Positions 51,915 through 62,074 of a stretch of DNA of 64,000 nucleotides are shown piece after piece. The first letter of the stretch is position 1. Every line of letters begins with the position of its first letter. The stretch lies in the NCBI GenBank assembly GCA_036229005.1, contig JAZAMN010000011.1:96001-160000 (forward strand), in the 5' to 3' direction. Source of the DNA: Myxococcota bacterium. Its GTDB lineage: Bacteria; Myxococcota_A; UBA796; CAJQPC01. The position numbers and the translations under genes were made by a program. A model generated the notes under the pieces. That model was given only the letters and a program-made list of their open reading frames with translations. It made no database searches and was not told the origin of the DNA.

Positions 51915-52391
51915 CTACTCCTCGCCACCACCCTGCACGTCGTCACCAGCGACTTCCTGCTTGGCGGAGACAGGCTTCTCGTCGCCGACCAGCGAGATCA
52001 CAACCATGGGGGCGTTGTCACCGGTACGGTGGCCCACGCGGGTGATGCGGGTGTACCCGCCAGCGCGGCTCTGGAAGCGCTCGCTGTACTCGTTGAAGAG
52101 ACGGTTGAGGGCCTCACCATCGACCACCTTGCGGCGAGCCTGGCGGAGGGCGTGGAGACGCTTGGCCTTCGCCTCAGCGAGCTCGTCCCCGGTCAGCCCC
52201 TCAAGGGAGCTGGGGGGAACGCGCTTGCCCAGCGAGATGAGCTTCTCGGCGTAACCGCGCAGCTCCTTGGCCTTGGCCTCAGTGGTTTGGATCTTGCCGT
52301 GCAGGAACAGGCTGGTAGCCATGTTCCTGAACATTGCCTTCCGGTGGGAGCTGTTCCGCCCCAGCTTGCGGCCGGACTTTTCGTGACGCAT
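51915..52391 (-). CDS. rplQ: 50S ribosomal protein bL17
   Basis: MRH, KLGR.SSHR, GGYTRI. Confidence 0.97.
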   Translation of the reverse strand: MRHEKSGRKLGRNSSHRKAMFRNMATSLFLHGKIQTTEAKAKELRGYAEKLISLGKRVPPSSLEGLTGDELAEAKAKRLHALRQARRKVVDGEALNRLFNEYSERFQSRAGGYTRITRVGHRTGDNAPMVVISLVGDEKPVSAKQEVAGDDVQGGGEE

Positions 52392-52448
52392 TGGGATCTC
52401 CTACGACCTCAAGCAGGGGCTCCGGGTCAAAGACCCGGGCTCTACCGC

Positions 52449-53486
52449 TCAGGCCCGGTTCTTGGGGAAGTTGTGAAGCTTCATGCCCAAGGAGAGCTGC
52501 ATGTCGGACAGAATCTCCTTGATCTCATTGAGGGACTTGCGACCAAAGTTCTTGGTCTTGAGCATCTCGGCCTCGGTCCGCTCGACCAGCTGCCAGATGT
52601 ACTCAATGCCGGCGTTCTGCAGGCAGTTGGCGGAACGAACCGAGAGCTCGAGCTCGTCCACGCGCTTGTACAGGTGCTCGCTCCACTGCTCCTCGGGCTC
52701 GGCGCTCTCTGCGACCACCGGCTCGTCTTCCTCGGAGAAGTTGACGAAGATTGCAAGCTGCTCGCGGAGAATCTTGGCCGAGTAGGCCACGGCGTCCTCG
52801 GGGAGGACAGAACCGTCGGTCCAGACCTCCAGGGTCAGCTTGTCGTAGTCCGTACGACGACCAACGCGAGCGTTGGTGACGGCGTACTTGACCTTCTTGA
52901 TCGGCGTGTGGATCGAGTCGACCGGGATGGCACCCAGCTCGTGGTCGTCGCCCTTGTTCTGCACTGCAGGGACGTAGCCCTTGCCCATGTTGAAGCGCAG
53001 GTGCGCCTCAAAGGTGCCATCCTGAGTCAGGGTGGCGATGGGGTGCTCGGGGTTCAGGACCTCCGCCTCAACGCCCTCATCAAAGACGACATCAGCGCCC
53101 GTGACGATGACGCTGGTGCGGGAGGCACCAACCTTCTTGATGCTCGCACCGAATGCATCCATCGCGGTGGTCTTGATCAGCAGGCCCTTGAGGTTCAGCA
53201 CGACGTCAGTGACGTCCTCAACCACACCGGGGATGGAGGAGAACTCATGGAGCACCCCTTCGATCCGAACGGACGTGACAGCGCAGCCCTGCAGCGAGGA
53301 CAGCAGGACACGACGCAGGCTGTTGCCGATGGTCGTGCCAAAGCCACGCTCCAGCGGACGCGCGACGAACTTGCCGTACGTGCTGCTGGACCGGGAGTCG
53401 CGCTCGACCGCCCGGGGCTTGATGAGGTTGCGCCAGTTGGCGTAGACGTGCTCCTCGAGGGGAGGCAGATCAGACATGTCACTCAT
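52449..53486 (-). CDS. rpoA: RNA polymerase alpha subunit
   Basis: [28 protein letters not shown]. Confidence 0.98.
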   Translation of the reverse strand: MSDMSDLPPLEEHVYANWRNLIKPRAVERDSRSSSTYGKFVARPLERGFGTTIGNSLRRVLLSSLQGCAVTSVRIEGVLHEFSSIPGVVEDVTDVVLNLKGLLIKTTAMDAFGASIKKVGASRTSVIVTGADVVFDEGVEAEVLNPEHPIATLTQDGTFEAHLRFNMGKGYVPAVQNKGDDHELGAIPVDSIHTPIKKVKYAVTNARVGRRTDYDKLTLEVWTDGSVLPEDAVAYSAKILREQLAIFVNFSEEDEPVVAESAEPEEQWSEHLYKRVDELELSVRSANCLQNAGIEYIWQLVERTEAEMLKTKNFGRKSLNEIKEILSDMQLSLGMKLHNFPKNRA

Positions 53487-53608
53487 GGATGTCTCCAGCG
53501 GGTTTCAGCGCCAACGACCAGCATGGCGTTCTACACCCGGGAAGCGAGCAGCGGCCGAGGCCGAGGTTGGTCAGACCAGGCGCAAAAGGCGCCCTGCAGT
53601 GAACAGAA

Positions 53609-53998
53609 TCAGACGCGACGACGCTTGGGAGCGCGGCAGCCGTTGTGCGGGATGGGCGTGACGTCCTTGATCATGGTGATCTTGAGGCCAGCGTTGGCCA
53701 CGGCACGCAGGGCGCTCTCGCGACCGGAACCGGGACCCTTCACGAACACCGCGACCGAACGCATGCCATGGTCCATGGCCTTGCGGGCGGCATCCTCGGC
53801 GACCAGCTGAGCCGCGAAGGGGGTGCTCTTGCGGGAGCCCTTGAAGCCCTTCACACCAGCGCTGGACCAAGCCACCGTGTTCCCGGCGGGATCGGTGAAG
53901 GTCACGATGGTGTTGTTGAAGGTCGCCTGGATGTGCACTGCACCGGCGGGGATATTCTTCTTTACGCGCTTTCCGCGCTTCTTCTTGGGAGCAGCCAT
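53609..53998 (-). CDS. rpsK: 30S ribosomal protein uS11
   Basis: [23 protein letters not shown]. Confidence 0.98.
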   Translation of the reverse strand: MAAPKKKRGKRVKKNIPAGAVHIQATFNNTIVTFTDPAGNTVAWSSAGVKGFKGSRKSTPFAAQLVAEDAARKAMDHGMRSVAVFVKGPGSGRESALRAVANAGLKITMIKDVTPIPHNGCRAPKRRRV

Positions 53999-54011
53999 GA
54001 CAGACCTCCTT

Positions 54012-54374
54012 TCAGCGACGGCGCGCGAGGCGCTTCGGCCCCTTGCGGGTGCGGGCGTTGGTGTGGGTGCGCTGACCACGGACGGGGAGTCCGCGCTTGT
54101 GACGCAGGCCGCGGTACGCGCCCAGGTCGATCAGTCGCTTGATGTTCATCGCGACTTCCTTGCGGAGTTCACCCTCAACGGTGTAGCTGCGCTGGATGAC
54201 GTCACGCAGACGAGCGACCTCGACCTCGGAGAGGTCCTGCACTCGGATCTGGGGCTCGACTTCAGCCTCCGCGAGAATCAGGCCGGCGGTGTGCCGACCA
54301 ATCCCGTAGACGTAGGTGAGCGCAATATCAATGCGCTTGTTGCGTGGAAGGTCCACGCCTTCGATACGTGCCAT
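54012..54374 (-). CDS. rpsM: 30S ribosomal protein uS13
   Basis: [20 protein letters not shown]. Confidence 0.98.
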   Translation of the reverse strand: MARIEGVDLPRNKRIDIALTYVYGIGRHTAGLILAEAEVEPQIRVQDLSEVEVARLRDVIQRSYTVEGELRKEVAMNIKRLIDLGAYRGLRHKRGLPVRGQRTHTNARTRKGPKRLARRR

Positions 54375-54464
54375 TCGTCCTCTCCTCGCCGGAACGCCGG
54401 TTCAACGGTGGACAGTTTCGTTGTTGAAATGCGACATGGGCCCTGACGGGCCCGAAGCCGCTGG

Positions 54465-54493
54465 CATCTATGAGAGATGCCAAAGAAAGTCAA
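54465..54493 (-). promoter_or_regulatory. Promoter of the alpha operon
   Basis: TTGACT-N17-TAGATG, overlapped by palindrome GGCATCT-N5-AGATGCC. Confidence 0.55.
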
Positions 54494-54501
54494 GCTGGAG
54501 A

Positions 54502-55854
54502 TCAGCTATCGCTGGACTGCTGCTCCAGAAGGCGCCGACGCCGGCCCCGGCCAGCGCCTCCCCCACCCTCGCCCATCAAGCCATCGTAGTGCTTGGTGAG
54601 CAGGTGTCCCTCGATCTGCGCGACCGTGTCGAGAGAGACACTGACTACAATCAGCAGGCTGGTGCCGCCGAAGTAGAAAGGCACACCGAACTCGTTGATC
54701 AGCAGCGTGGGGACGATGCAGATGGCAGCCAGGTAGATGGCGCCAGCAGTGGTCAACCGGCTCAAGATGGTATCGATGTAGTCAGCGGTCTGCTTCCCGG
54801 GCCGGATTCCCGGGATGTAGCCACCCTGCTTCTTGAGGTTGTCCGCGACATCTACGGGGCTGAAGGTCACAGCCGTGTAGAAGAAGGCGAAGAACACGAT
54901 GAGCAGTACATAGACGAGGTTGTAGAGCCAACGTCCCGGGGTCAAAGCACCGATGACCTGCTGCACGACGGGGTGCTGCCAGAAGGTGGCCAGCGTAGCC
55001 GGGAACATCAGCAGGGCACTGGCAAAGATCGGCGGGATGACGCCGGCCACATTCACCTTGAGCGGCAGGTGGGTTGCCTGTCCACCGTAGACACGACGTC
55101 CCACAACGCGCTTGGCGTACTGGATGGGCAGCCGCCGCTGTGCGCGCTCAAAGAAGACAATGCCGGCCAGGACGAAGAACATGAAAACAGCCAGACCAAC
55201 CAAGAACACCAGGTTCATTTGGCCGTCTTGGACCTTCTGGACCAACTGAAAGATGCCCTGGGGCATCCCAGCAATGATGCCAGCCGTGATGATCAGGCTC
55301 GCCCCGTTGCCAACACCACGCTCGGTGACCTGCTCGCCCAGCCACATGACGAAGCAGCTACCGGCCGTCATCGTCACGATGGTCATGAACTCGAACCAAG
55401 GGCCGGCGTTCAACACGACGTCCTGACCGCCCGCAGCCTTCATCTGCTCAAGTCCCTTCGCAATTGCAAAGGACTGAACGATGGCGATGGCGATGGTGCC
55501 ATAGCGCGTGTACTGAGTGATCTTGTTGCGTCCTGCCTGTCCTTCCTTGGACAGGCGCTCCAACTGCGGCACAGTGGCCGTCAGTAGCTGCATGATGATG
55601 GACGCAGAGATGTAGGGCATGATGCCCAACACAAACACGCTGAACTGCTCAAGGGCTCCGCCCGAGAACATGTCGTAGAGACCGAACAGCGTGTTGGAGT
55701 TGCTCGAGAAGAAGCTGGCCAGCGCCGTGCGGTCTACACCCGGCGCAGGCACAAAGACCCCAAGGCGATACACCGCGAGCATCGCGAGCGTAAACAGAAT
55801 CCGGTTCCGAAGCTCTGGAACGCGGAAGATGTCCTTGAGGGAGCTAGCGTTCAC
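54502..55854 (-). CDS. secY: Preprotein translocase subunit SecY
   Basis: LGIMPYISASII, GVIPPIFA, IPGIRPG, GGTSLLIVV. Confidence 0.98.
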   Translation of the reverse strand: MNASSLKDIFRVPELRNRILFTLAMLAVYRLGVFVPAPGVDRTALASFFSSNSNTLFGLYDMFSGGALEQFSVFVLGIMPYISASIIMQLLTATVPQLERLSKEGQAGRNKITQYTRYGTIAIAIVQSFAIAKGLEQMKAAGGQDVVLNAGPWFEFMTIVTMTAGSCFVMWLGEQVTERGVGNGASLIITAGIIAGMPQGIFQLVQKVQDGQMNLVFLVGLAVFMFFVLAGIVFFERAQRRLPIQYAKRVVGRRVYGGQATHLPLKVNVAGVIPPIFASALLMFPATLATFWQHPVVQQVIGALTPGRWLYNLVYVLLIVFFAFFYTAVTFSPVDVADNLKKQGGYIPGIRPGKQTADYIDTILSRLTTAGAIYLAAICIVPTLLINEFGVPFYFGGTSLLIVVSVSLDTVAQIEGHLLTKHYDGLMGEGGGGAGRGRRRRLLEQQSSDS

Positions 55855-55856
55855 GG

Positions 55857-56309
55857 TCAGACGACCTCAGCGGTCCCACCGGCGGCCGCGATCTTGTCAG
55901 CAGCAGTCTTGCTGAACTTGGCTGCCTTGACGGTGAGCTTCTTGGACAGCTCGCCACGGCCGAGGATCTTGAGTCCGTCCTTGCCAACGCGAGCCACGAC
56001 ACCCTGCTCCTTGAGCAGCGCCAGATCGATCTCTGCACCGTCCTCGAAGCGAGCCTCGAGCTCAGAGACGTTCAGGACGGTGTAGTCCTTGGCGAAATTG
56101 TTGTGGAAGCCGCGCTTGGGCAGGCGGCGCTGAAGGGGCATCTGGCCACCCTCGAAGCCGACCTGGATGCCGGAGCCAGAGCGGGAGCCGTAGCCCTTCT
56201 GTCCGCGACCAGCGGTGCGCCCCTTACCGGAGCCCTCACCACGACCAACGCGCTTGCGGGTCTTGGTGGACCCGGGAGCGGGCTTGAGGTTTGCGAGTTC
56301 GTTTGCCAT
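55857..56309 (-). CDS. rplO: 50S ribosomal protein uL15
   Basis: [17 protein letters not shown]. Confidence 0.97.
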   Translation of the reverse strand: MANELANLKPAPGSTKTRKRVGRGEGSGKGRTAGRGQKGYGSRSGSGIQVGFEGGQMPLQRRLPKRGFHNNFAKDYTVLNVSELEARFEDGAEIDLALLKEQGVVARVGKDGLKILGRGELSKKLTVKAAKFSKTAADKIAAAGGTAEVV

Positions 56310-56350
56310 TTTGGGTATCTCCACGCGGCAGGACCGCGTAAGCGAGGCGC

Positions 56351-56536
56351 TCAGGCCTCGACCTCTTCGACGTCCACCAGGTGGATGACCTTCTTGACCA
56401 TGCCGCGAACTGCAGGCGTGTTCGGCAGGACCCGCTCCGAGCGGATCTTGCGAAGCCCCAGGCCCTTCACAGCAGCGATCTGCTTGTCGGTAGCACCGAT
56501 GGTCGAACGCTTGAGGGTGACCTTGATGTTCTTCAC
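56351..56536 (-). CDS. rpmD: 50S ribosomal protein uL30
   Basis: [13 protein letters not shown]. Confidence 0.95.
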   Translation of the reverse strand: MKNIKVTLKRSTIGATDKQIAAVKGLGLRKIRSERVLPNTPAVRGMVKKVIHLVDVEEVEA

Positions 56537-56598
56537 TTGAACGTCCTTCTGCCGGAGGGCGCCGTGTACTTAAACACCACGCCCCTCACGGCTACTGT

Positions 56599-57153
56599 TT
56601 ACTGGATGGAAGCCCAGTGGGCCTCACCCACCACGTAGTTGGGGGTCACCTCGCTCACGTCCTTCCCGACGCGAACAGCGTACTGCTCGGGAGTCTCGAG
56701 AAGGTGCAGAGCGTTGAGCGTAGCCCGCACAACGTTGTGGGAGTTGTTGGTACCAAGGCACTTGGTGAGCACGTTGTGGTAGCCAGCCGCATCCAGGATG
56801 GCCCGGATGCTGGGCCCAGCGATGACGCCGGTACCGGGAGCAGCGGGGAGCAGCAGCACCTGACCGGCGCCGAAGTTCCCGACCTGCTTGTGCGGAACGG
56901 TACCGTCCACCATTGCGGCCTGGAACATGTTGGCCCGAGCCTTCGTGCTCGCCTTGCGAATCGCCTCAGGCACCTCGTTGGCCTTGCCGAACCCGACGCC
57001 GACCTTGCCCTCACCATCGCCAACGACGACGATAGCCGAGAAGCTGAAGCGACGGCCGCCCTTGACGACCTTCGCAACGCGGTTGATGTTGATGACCTTT
57101 TCAGTCAGTCCGTCATCGGGCTGATTGCGGCGTCCGCGGGACATCCTTGCCAT
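56599..57153 (-). CDS. rpsE: 30S ribosomal protein uS5
   Basis: RVAKVVKGGRRFSF. Confidence 0.97.
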   Translation of the reverse strand: MARMSRGRRNQPDDGLTEKVININRVAKVVKGGRRFSFSAIVVVGDGEGKVGVGFGKANEVPEAIRKASTKARANMFQAAMVDGTVPHKQVGNFGAGQVLLLPAAPGTGVIAGPSIRAILDAAGYHNVLTKCLGTNNSHNVVRATLNALHLLETPEQYAVRVGKDVSEVTPNYVVGEAHWASIQ

Positions 57154-57202
57154 TGAAAACCTCCACCGAAGCCAAGCTCCGGAAGTGACCGGGCGACCGG
57201 TC

Positions 57203-57571
57203 TCAGAACTTGAGACCACCGTCGCGTGCGGCATCGGCAAGAGCCTTCACACGCCCGTGGTACAGGTAGCCATTGCGATCAAAGACAACGCTGGACACAT
57301 CAGCCTCTGCAGCCTTCTTGGCGATGAGCTCGCCAACGGCCTTTGCTGCCTCGATGTTGCCCCGATGCCCCTCATACCCCTTCAGGTCGGAGGACAGGGT
57401 CGAAGCCGCTGCCAGAGTCTTGCCGCTGTCATCGTCGATGAGCTGGGCGTAGATGTGCTTCGCGCTGCGGAAAACGCTGAGCCGAGGACGGTCTGCAGTG
57501 CCGCGCAGGTGCTTCCGGATGGAAACCTTGCGACGGAGACGGGCCGTCTGGCGAGAGTTGGTGTTTGCCAT
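57203..57571 (-). CDS. rplR: 50S ribosomal protein uL18
   Basis: [21 protein letters not shown]. Confidence 0.97.
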   Translation of the reverse strand: MANTNSRQTARLRRKVSIRKHLRGTADRPRLSVFRSAKHIYAQLIDDDSGKTLAAASTLSSDLKGYEGHRGNIEAAKAVGELIAKKAAEADVSSVVFDRNGYLYHGRVKALADAARDGGLKF

Positions 57572-57582
57572 TGGTGACTCCG

Positions 57583-58119
57583 TTACTTCTTGGCGGCCTT
57601 GCCGGCCTTGAGACGGACGTTCTCACCTTCGTAACGAACGCCCTTACCCTTGTAGGAGTCGGGAGCCCGGAAGGACCGGATGACAGCAGCCGCCTGGCCA
57701 ACCGTCTCGCGATCCGGGCCGGTCAGCGTCACAAGCGTCTGCTTGTCCACGCTCACCGAAACCCCCTCGGGGGGATCGAAAGTGATCGGGTGGGAGTAGC
57801 CCAGGTTGAGGAGCAGGCTCTTGCCCTTGACCTCTGCCCTGTAGCCGACACCGATGATCTCGAGCTTCCGGGTGAAGCCCGTGGACACACCCACGACCAT
57901 GTTGTTGATGAGGGCACGCATCAGCCCGTGGTTGGAGCGGTGCTGCTTGCTGTCAGACTGCCGGGTCACGATGACCTGGTTGTCCTCAACCTTGACGTCA
58001 ACACCGTCCACCAGGGGACGCTCGAGTTCGCCCTTGGGGCCCTTGACCACGACCTTGTCGGTGATGGTGACCTCGACCTTCGCAGGAAGATCGACGGGCT
58101 TCTTTCCAATACGGGACAT
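57583..58119 (-). CDS. rplF: 50S ribosomal protein uL6
   Basis: [14 protein letters not shown]. Confidence 0.98.
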   Translation of the reverse strand: MSRIGKKPVDLPAKVEVTITDKVVVKGPKGELERPLVDGVDVKVEDNQVIVTRQSDSKQHRSNHGLMRALINNMVVGVSTGFTRKLEIIGVGYRAEVKGKSLLLNLGYSHPITFDPPEGVSVSVDKQTLVTLTGPDRETVGQAAAVIRSFRAPDSYKGKGVRYEGENVRLKAGKAAKK

Positions 58120-58130
58120 GCTCTTCCTCC

Positions 58131-58529
58131 TTACCAGACGTAGCAGAGGACTTCGCCACCAACACCCTCACGCCGGGCGGTGCTGTCAGTGAGCACGCCC
58201 CGAGGGGTGGTGAGGATTGCAACGCCGAGCCCGTCACGAACGCGCGGAATCTCAGCCTTGCCGACGTACTTCCGCCGTCCAGGCTTGGAAACCCGCTGCA
58301 GACCGCGGATGACGCCCTTGTTGGACTTGTCGTACCGCAGGAAGACCTTGATGCTCCCCTGCGGCTTCTCGGGGATGTCGATGTAGCCCTCAACGAAGCC
58401 TTCGGCCTTGAGGATCTTCACCATCTCCAGCTTGATCTTGGAACGCGGGATAACCACGCTGGAGTGGCCCGCCTGAGAGGCGTTCCGGATCCGCGTCAGC
58501 ATATCCGCGATCGGATCTGTCATGGACAT
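58131..58529 (-). CDS. rpsH: 30S ribosomal protein uS8
   Basis: DPIADMLTRIRNA, SKPG.R, GGEV. Confidence 0.98.
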   Translation of the reverse strand: MSMTDPIADMLTRIRNASQAGHSSVVIPRSKIKLEMVKILKAEGFVEGYIDIPEKPQGSIKVFLRYDKSNKGVIRGLQRVSKPGRRKYVGKAEIPRVRDGLGVAILTTPRGVLTDSTARREGVGGEVLCYVW

Positions 58530-58608
58530 GTTTTGTTCTCCAGTTCGGAGCTGGTTTCCTCAGGGAGGACCTGGCTCGAGGAAGAAAGTCTTAGCGAGCT
58601 CTTGAAGC

Positions 58609-59151
58609 TCAGCTACGGAAAGGGAAACCCATCGCCTTGAGGAGGGCACGGCCCTCGGCGTCGGTCTTTGCGGTGGTGACGAACGTGATGTTCATCCCGT
58701 TGATCTTGGAGACCTTGTCGTAGTCGATCTCAGGGAACAGGATCTGCTCCGTCAGTCCCATGTTGTAGTTCCCACGGCCATCAAAGCCCTTGGGATCCAT
58801 TCCACGGAAGTCACGAATACGAGGCATCGCCAGCGACACCAGTCGGTCATAGAAGAACCACATCCGCTCACCGCGGAGGGTCACCCTGGCGCCCAAAGGC
58901 ATGCCTTCACGAAGCTTGAAGTTCGCGATGCTCTTGCGCGCGCGGCTGATGACGGCCTTCTGCCCCGTCAGCAGGGAGAGCTCCTCAGCAGCCTGGTCCA
59001 GGACCTTGGAGTTGCTGATGGCCTCCTTGAGACAGGTGTTCACCACGATCTTCTCGAGGCGAGGCACTTCCATCACGTTGCCGTACTCGAACTCCTTGAG
59101 GAGCGCGGGAACAGCCTGGGTGGCGTAGATGGTCTTGACACGGGGGGTCAT
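58609..59151 (-). CDS. rplE: 50S ribosomal protein uL5
   Basis: [21 protein letters not shown]. Confidence 0.98.
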   Translation of the reverse strand: MTPRVKTIYATQAVPALLKEFEYGNVMEVPRLEKIVVNTCLKEAISNSKVLDQAAEELSLLTGQKAVISRARKSIANFKLREGMPLGARVTLRGERMWFFYDRLVSLAMPRIRDFRGMDPKGFDGRGNYNMGLTEQILFPEIDYDKVSKINGMNITFVTTAKTDAEGRALLKAMGFPFRS

Positions 59152-59161
59152 GTCTTACTCC

Positions 59162-59482
59162 TCAGGCGTCCAGCGCCTGGCCGGTCTTGCGGTCAACCCG
59201 CACCTTCCGGCCATCAGCGTTGGTACCGAAGCCGACCTTCACACGACGCTGCTCGGCGGCGTTCCAGAGGGCGACGTTGGAAATGTGGAGGGCGGCCTCA
59301 CGGTGGAGGATCTGGCCAGCCTGCTCGCCGGTGGGCTTCTGGTGCTTCTTCACCAGGTTCACGCCCTCGACAACAAGCCGCGCCTTCGCGGGATCAACGC
59401 TCAGAACGCGCCCCGTCTTGCCCTTGTCCTTGCCAGTGATGACGACAACAGTGTCACCACGCTTGATCTTGTACTTGGCCAT
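59162..59482 (-). CDS. rplX: 50S ribosomal protein uL24
   Basis: GD.V.VITGKDKGK. Confidence 0.97.
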   Translation of the reverse strand: MAKYKIKRGDTVVVITGKDKGKTGRVLSVDPAKARLVVEGVNLVKKHQKPTGEQAGQILHREAALHISNVALWNAAEQRRVKVGFGTNADGRKVRVDRKTGQALDA

Positions 59483-59490
59483 GGCGGTTC

Positions 59491-59859
59491 CTACAGGACC
59501 TCGGGAGCCAGCGCAACGATCTTCATGTACCGCTTCGCACGCAGTTCGCGTGCAACAGGGCCGAAGATACGGGTGCCGATGGGCTCACCGTCCTTGTTGA
59601 TGAGAACAGCGGAGTTGTTGTCGAAGCGAATGTAGGTACCGTCAGCGCGACGGACCTCCTTCTTCGTGCGCACGATGACAGCTCGGGCGACGTCGCCCTT
59701 CTTGACCTTGCCGTTGGGCAGGGCCTCGCGCACAGCAACGACAACAACGTCACCGATGGAGGCGTAGCGACGCTTCGAACCGCCCAGGACCTTGATGGCC
59801 TTGAGCTTCTTGGCGCCGCTGTTGTCAGCTACCTCGAGGGTGCTTTCAGTCTGAATCAT
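59491..59859 (-). CDS. rplN: 50S ribosomal protein uL14
   Basis: [15 protein letters not shown]. Confidence 0.98.
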   Translation of the reverse strand: MIQTESTLEVADNSGAKKLKAIKVLGGSKRRYASIGDVVVVAVREALPNGKVKKGDVARAVIVRTKKEVRRADGTYIRFDNNSAVLINKDGEPIGTRIFGPVARELRAKRYMKIVALAPEVL

Positions 59860-59889
59860 GGGATGGTCTCCCTCGCGTCAGAAGTCGGT

Positions 59890-60156
59890 TCAGGAGCCAC
59901 GGGGCGTGCGATCGACCACAACCCACCGCTTGGTGCGGGAGAGGGGCCGAGACTCACGGATGGTGACAGTGTCACCCACGCGGCACTCGTTGGACTCGTC
60001 GTGGGCCTTGTAGACGTTCCGACGGTTGATGTACTTGTGATAGCGCGAGTGCTTCACGCGCCGGTTCACTTCGACGGAGACCGTCTTGTCCATCTTGTCA
60101 GAGGTCACCCGACCCTGCAGGACCCTACGGCCCGAGGTTTCGTTGTGCTCAGCCAT
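59890..60156 (-). CDS. rpsQ: 30S ribosomal protein uS17
   Basis: SDKMDKT, AHDE, ESRPLS.TKRW. Confidence 0.97.
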   Translation of the reverse strand: MAEHNETSGRRVLQGRVTSDKMDKTVSVEVNRRVKHSRYHKYINRRNVYKAHDESNECRVGDTVTIRESRPLSRTKRWVVVDRTPRGS

Positions 60157-60164
60157 GTTTCGCT

Positions 60165-60332
60165 CACGTTTGCTGCACACAGGTGCAACGTGGTTTCCGG
60201 TTTATCGGACTTTGGCCAACCCGGTCTCCCACCGAAGCGGGACTCGAAGTTGGTCGGCGCCGTGCCAGCACTCGACGAGTGCAGGTTGTCAGCCGAAGCT
60301 GACCCGGCCCAACAGGGCCGGAAGCGGGCGGC
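60165..60332 (-). ncRNA. Candidate structured RNA element between rpmC and rpsQ
   Basis: Six hairpins, two with cUUCGg tetraloops on the transcribed strand. Confidence 0.6.
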
Positions 60333-60334
60333 AA

Positions 60335-60658
60335 CTAATCGTCGCCACCAACCTTGTCAACAATCCCCTGCAAAAACCCAGCACCAGCGCCGTCGGCCTG
60401 ACTGCCAGCGTCTGCAGCAGAGAAGCTGCCGCGGAACTTGTTGCGAAGGCTGTCCTTGGCCAAGCCCTGGTTCAGCTCCCGCTCGCGCTGGAAGGTCCGG
60501 GCCCGGGCGATGTCCTTGCGGAGCTTGCCGATGACCGAGGAGTCCTCGAGCTGGTTCGTCGCGAGCTGAAACTCGGCAGTGACCATCTGACGCTCCAACT
60601 GGAGCTCGTGATGGACAAGCTGCTCATCGGTCATGCTCTTCCAATCGGTGGTAGCCAT
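60335..60658 (-). CDS. rpmC: 50S ribosomal protein uL29 with C-terminal extension
   Basis: FQLATNQLED...LRKDIARA.T; between rplP and rpsQ; 107 aa. Confidence 0.93.
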   Translation of the reverse strand: MATTDWKSMTDEQLVHHELQLERQMVTAEFQLATNQLEDSSVIGKLRKDIARARTFQRERELNQGLAKDSLRNKFRGSFSAADAGSQADGAGAGFLQGIVDKVGGDD

Positions 60659-61074
60659 CAGACCAAGCCCTCCCGGCGGACGATCTTCCACTTGATGGGA
60701 AGCTTGTGACCAGCGCGCTCAAGGGCGCCAACTGCGACCTCCTCCGCCACGCCGTTCAATTCGTAGATAACGCGGCCGGGCTTGACCACGGCCACCCAGA
60801 ACTCCGGGTTGCCCTTACCCTTACCCATTCGGGTCTCGGCGGGCTTCTTGGAGATGGGCTTGTCAGGAAAGACTCGAATCCAGACCTTGCCACCACGCTT
60901 GATGTGGCGGGTCATGGCGATACGGCCAGCCTCGATCTGACGAGAGGTCAGACGTCCGCAGGTCATCGCCATGAGGCCGAATTCACCGAAGGAAACTTCG
61001 TTCCCGCGCCAAGACAGACCGGACATCCGGCCCTTATGGCTCTTGCGGTACTTGACACGCTTGGGGGTCAACAT
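60658..61074 (-). CDS. rplP: 50S ribosomal protein uL16
   Basis: ETRMGKGKG. Confidence 0.98.
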   Translation of the reverse strand: MLTPKRVKYRKSHKGRMSGLSWRGNEVSFGEFGLMAMTCGRLTSRQIEAGRIAMTRHIKRGGKVWIRVFPDKPISKKPAETRMGKGKGNPEFWVAVVKPGRVIYELNGVAEEVAVGALERAGHKLPIKWKIVRREGLV

Positions 61075-61092
61075 GATGAAACTCCTGGGCCC

Positions 61093-61731
61093 TCAGGCCT
61101 GCTCGCCCGGCAGGACTTCGCCCTTGAAAATCCAGACCTTGACGCCGATCATCCCGTAGGTGGTCTTCGCGGTGGCCTGACCGTAGTCGATGTTGGCACG
61201 GAGGGTGTGCAGCGGAACGCGGCCCTCGTGGTACCACTCCCGCCGGCCCATGTCAGCGCCACCGAGCCGGCCGCCGCACATGACCTTGACGCCCTTGGCA
61301 CCGGCCCGCTGAGCCTGGGTGACTGCCTTCTTCATCGCGCGGCGGAAAGAGACGCGCTTGACGAGCTGGGCGGCGATGTTCTCGGCGACCAACTGAGCGT
61401 CGGTCTCGACCTTCCGGACCTCGATCACGTTGGCGTAAATCTCGGTGGAGGTGAGCTTCTGGAGGTCGCCTCGCAGCATCTCGAGACCCGTCGCACGCTT
61501 GCCGAGGATCACACCAGGCTTCGCAGCGTGGATGTAGACCTTGGCCTTGTTGGCAGCGCGCTCGATGGTGACCTTGGCGACACCAGCGTGGTGGTACTTG
61601 TCCTTGACGAACTTTCGGATCGCGACGTCCTCGTGGACATTGCGCTCGTAGTCCTTCTCGGCGAACCACTGGGCGTCCCAACCGCGGGACACACCAACTC
61701 GGAAGCCGATCGGATGAATCTTGTGACCCAT
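61093..61731 (-). CDS. rpsC: 30S ribosomal protein uS3
   Basis: [16 protein letters not shown]. Confidence 0.98.
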   Translation of the reverse strand: MGHKIHPIGFRVGVSRGWDAQWFAEKDYERNVHEDVAIRKFVKDKYHHAGVAKVTIERAANKAKVYIHAAKPGVILGKRATGLEMLRGDLQKLTSTEIYANVIEVRKVETDAQLVAENIAAQLVKRVSFRRAMKKAVTQAQRAGAKGVKVMCGGRLGGADMGRREWYHEGRVPLHTLRANIDYGQATAKTTYGMIGVKVWIFKGEVLPGEQA

Positions 61732-61735
61732 GTCC

Positions 61736-62074
61736 TTACTCCTGGCGGGTGTCGAGGACGACGGTGATGTGGGAAGTGGGCTTACGGACCGGGGTAGCGC
61801 GGCCCTGCGCCCGGGGGCGGAACCGACGCAGACTTGCACCCTCGTTCACGAAGATGGTCTTCACGAAGAGCGCATCGATGTCAACGCTGTCATCGGTGTC
61901 CTCGGCGTTGGCCATGGCGGACTCGATGAGCTTCTTGATCATCGGCGCGGTCTTCTTGCGGGTGAACGCGAGGAGCTCAAGCGCCTCGTCGACATCCTTG
62001 CCCCGGACCATGTCCGCGACCAACCGGGCCTTGCGCGGCGAAACGCGCGCGAAACGGAGACTTGCCTTGGACAT
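61736..62074 (-). CDS. rplV: 50S ribosomal protein uL22
   Basis: [18 protein letters not shown]. Confidence 0.98.
   Translation of the reverse strand: MSKASLRFARVSPRKARLVADMVRGKDVDEALELLAFTRKKTAPMIKKLIESAMANAEDTDDSVDIDALFVKTIFVNEGASLRRFRPRAQGRATPVRKPTSHITVVLDTRQE

Noticed and set aside
54375..54501. Unannotated short rpmJ ORF
   Set aside because: No L36-like reading frame seen; region holds a promoter and leader
60157..60334. SRP, 6S or tmRNA identity for the structured spacer
   Set aside because: CAGG..GGAA on the + strand lacks the SRP helix pairing; no long rod or tRNA-like ends
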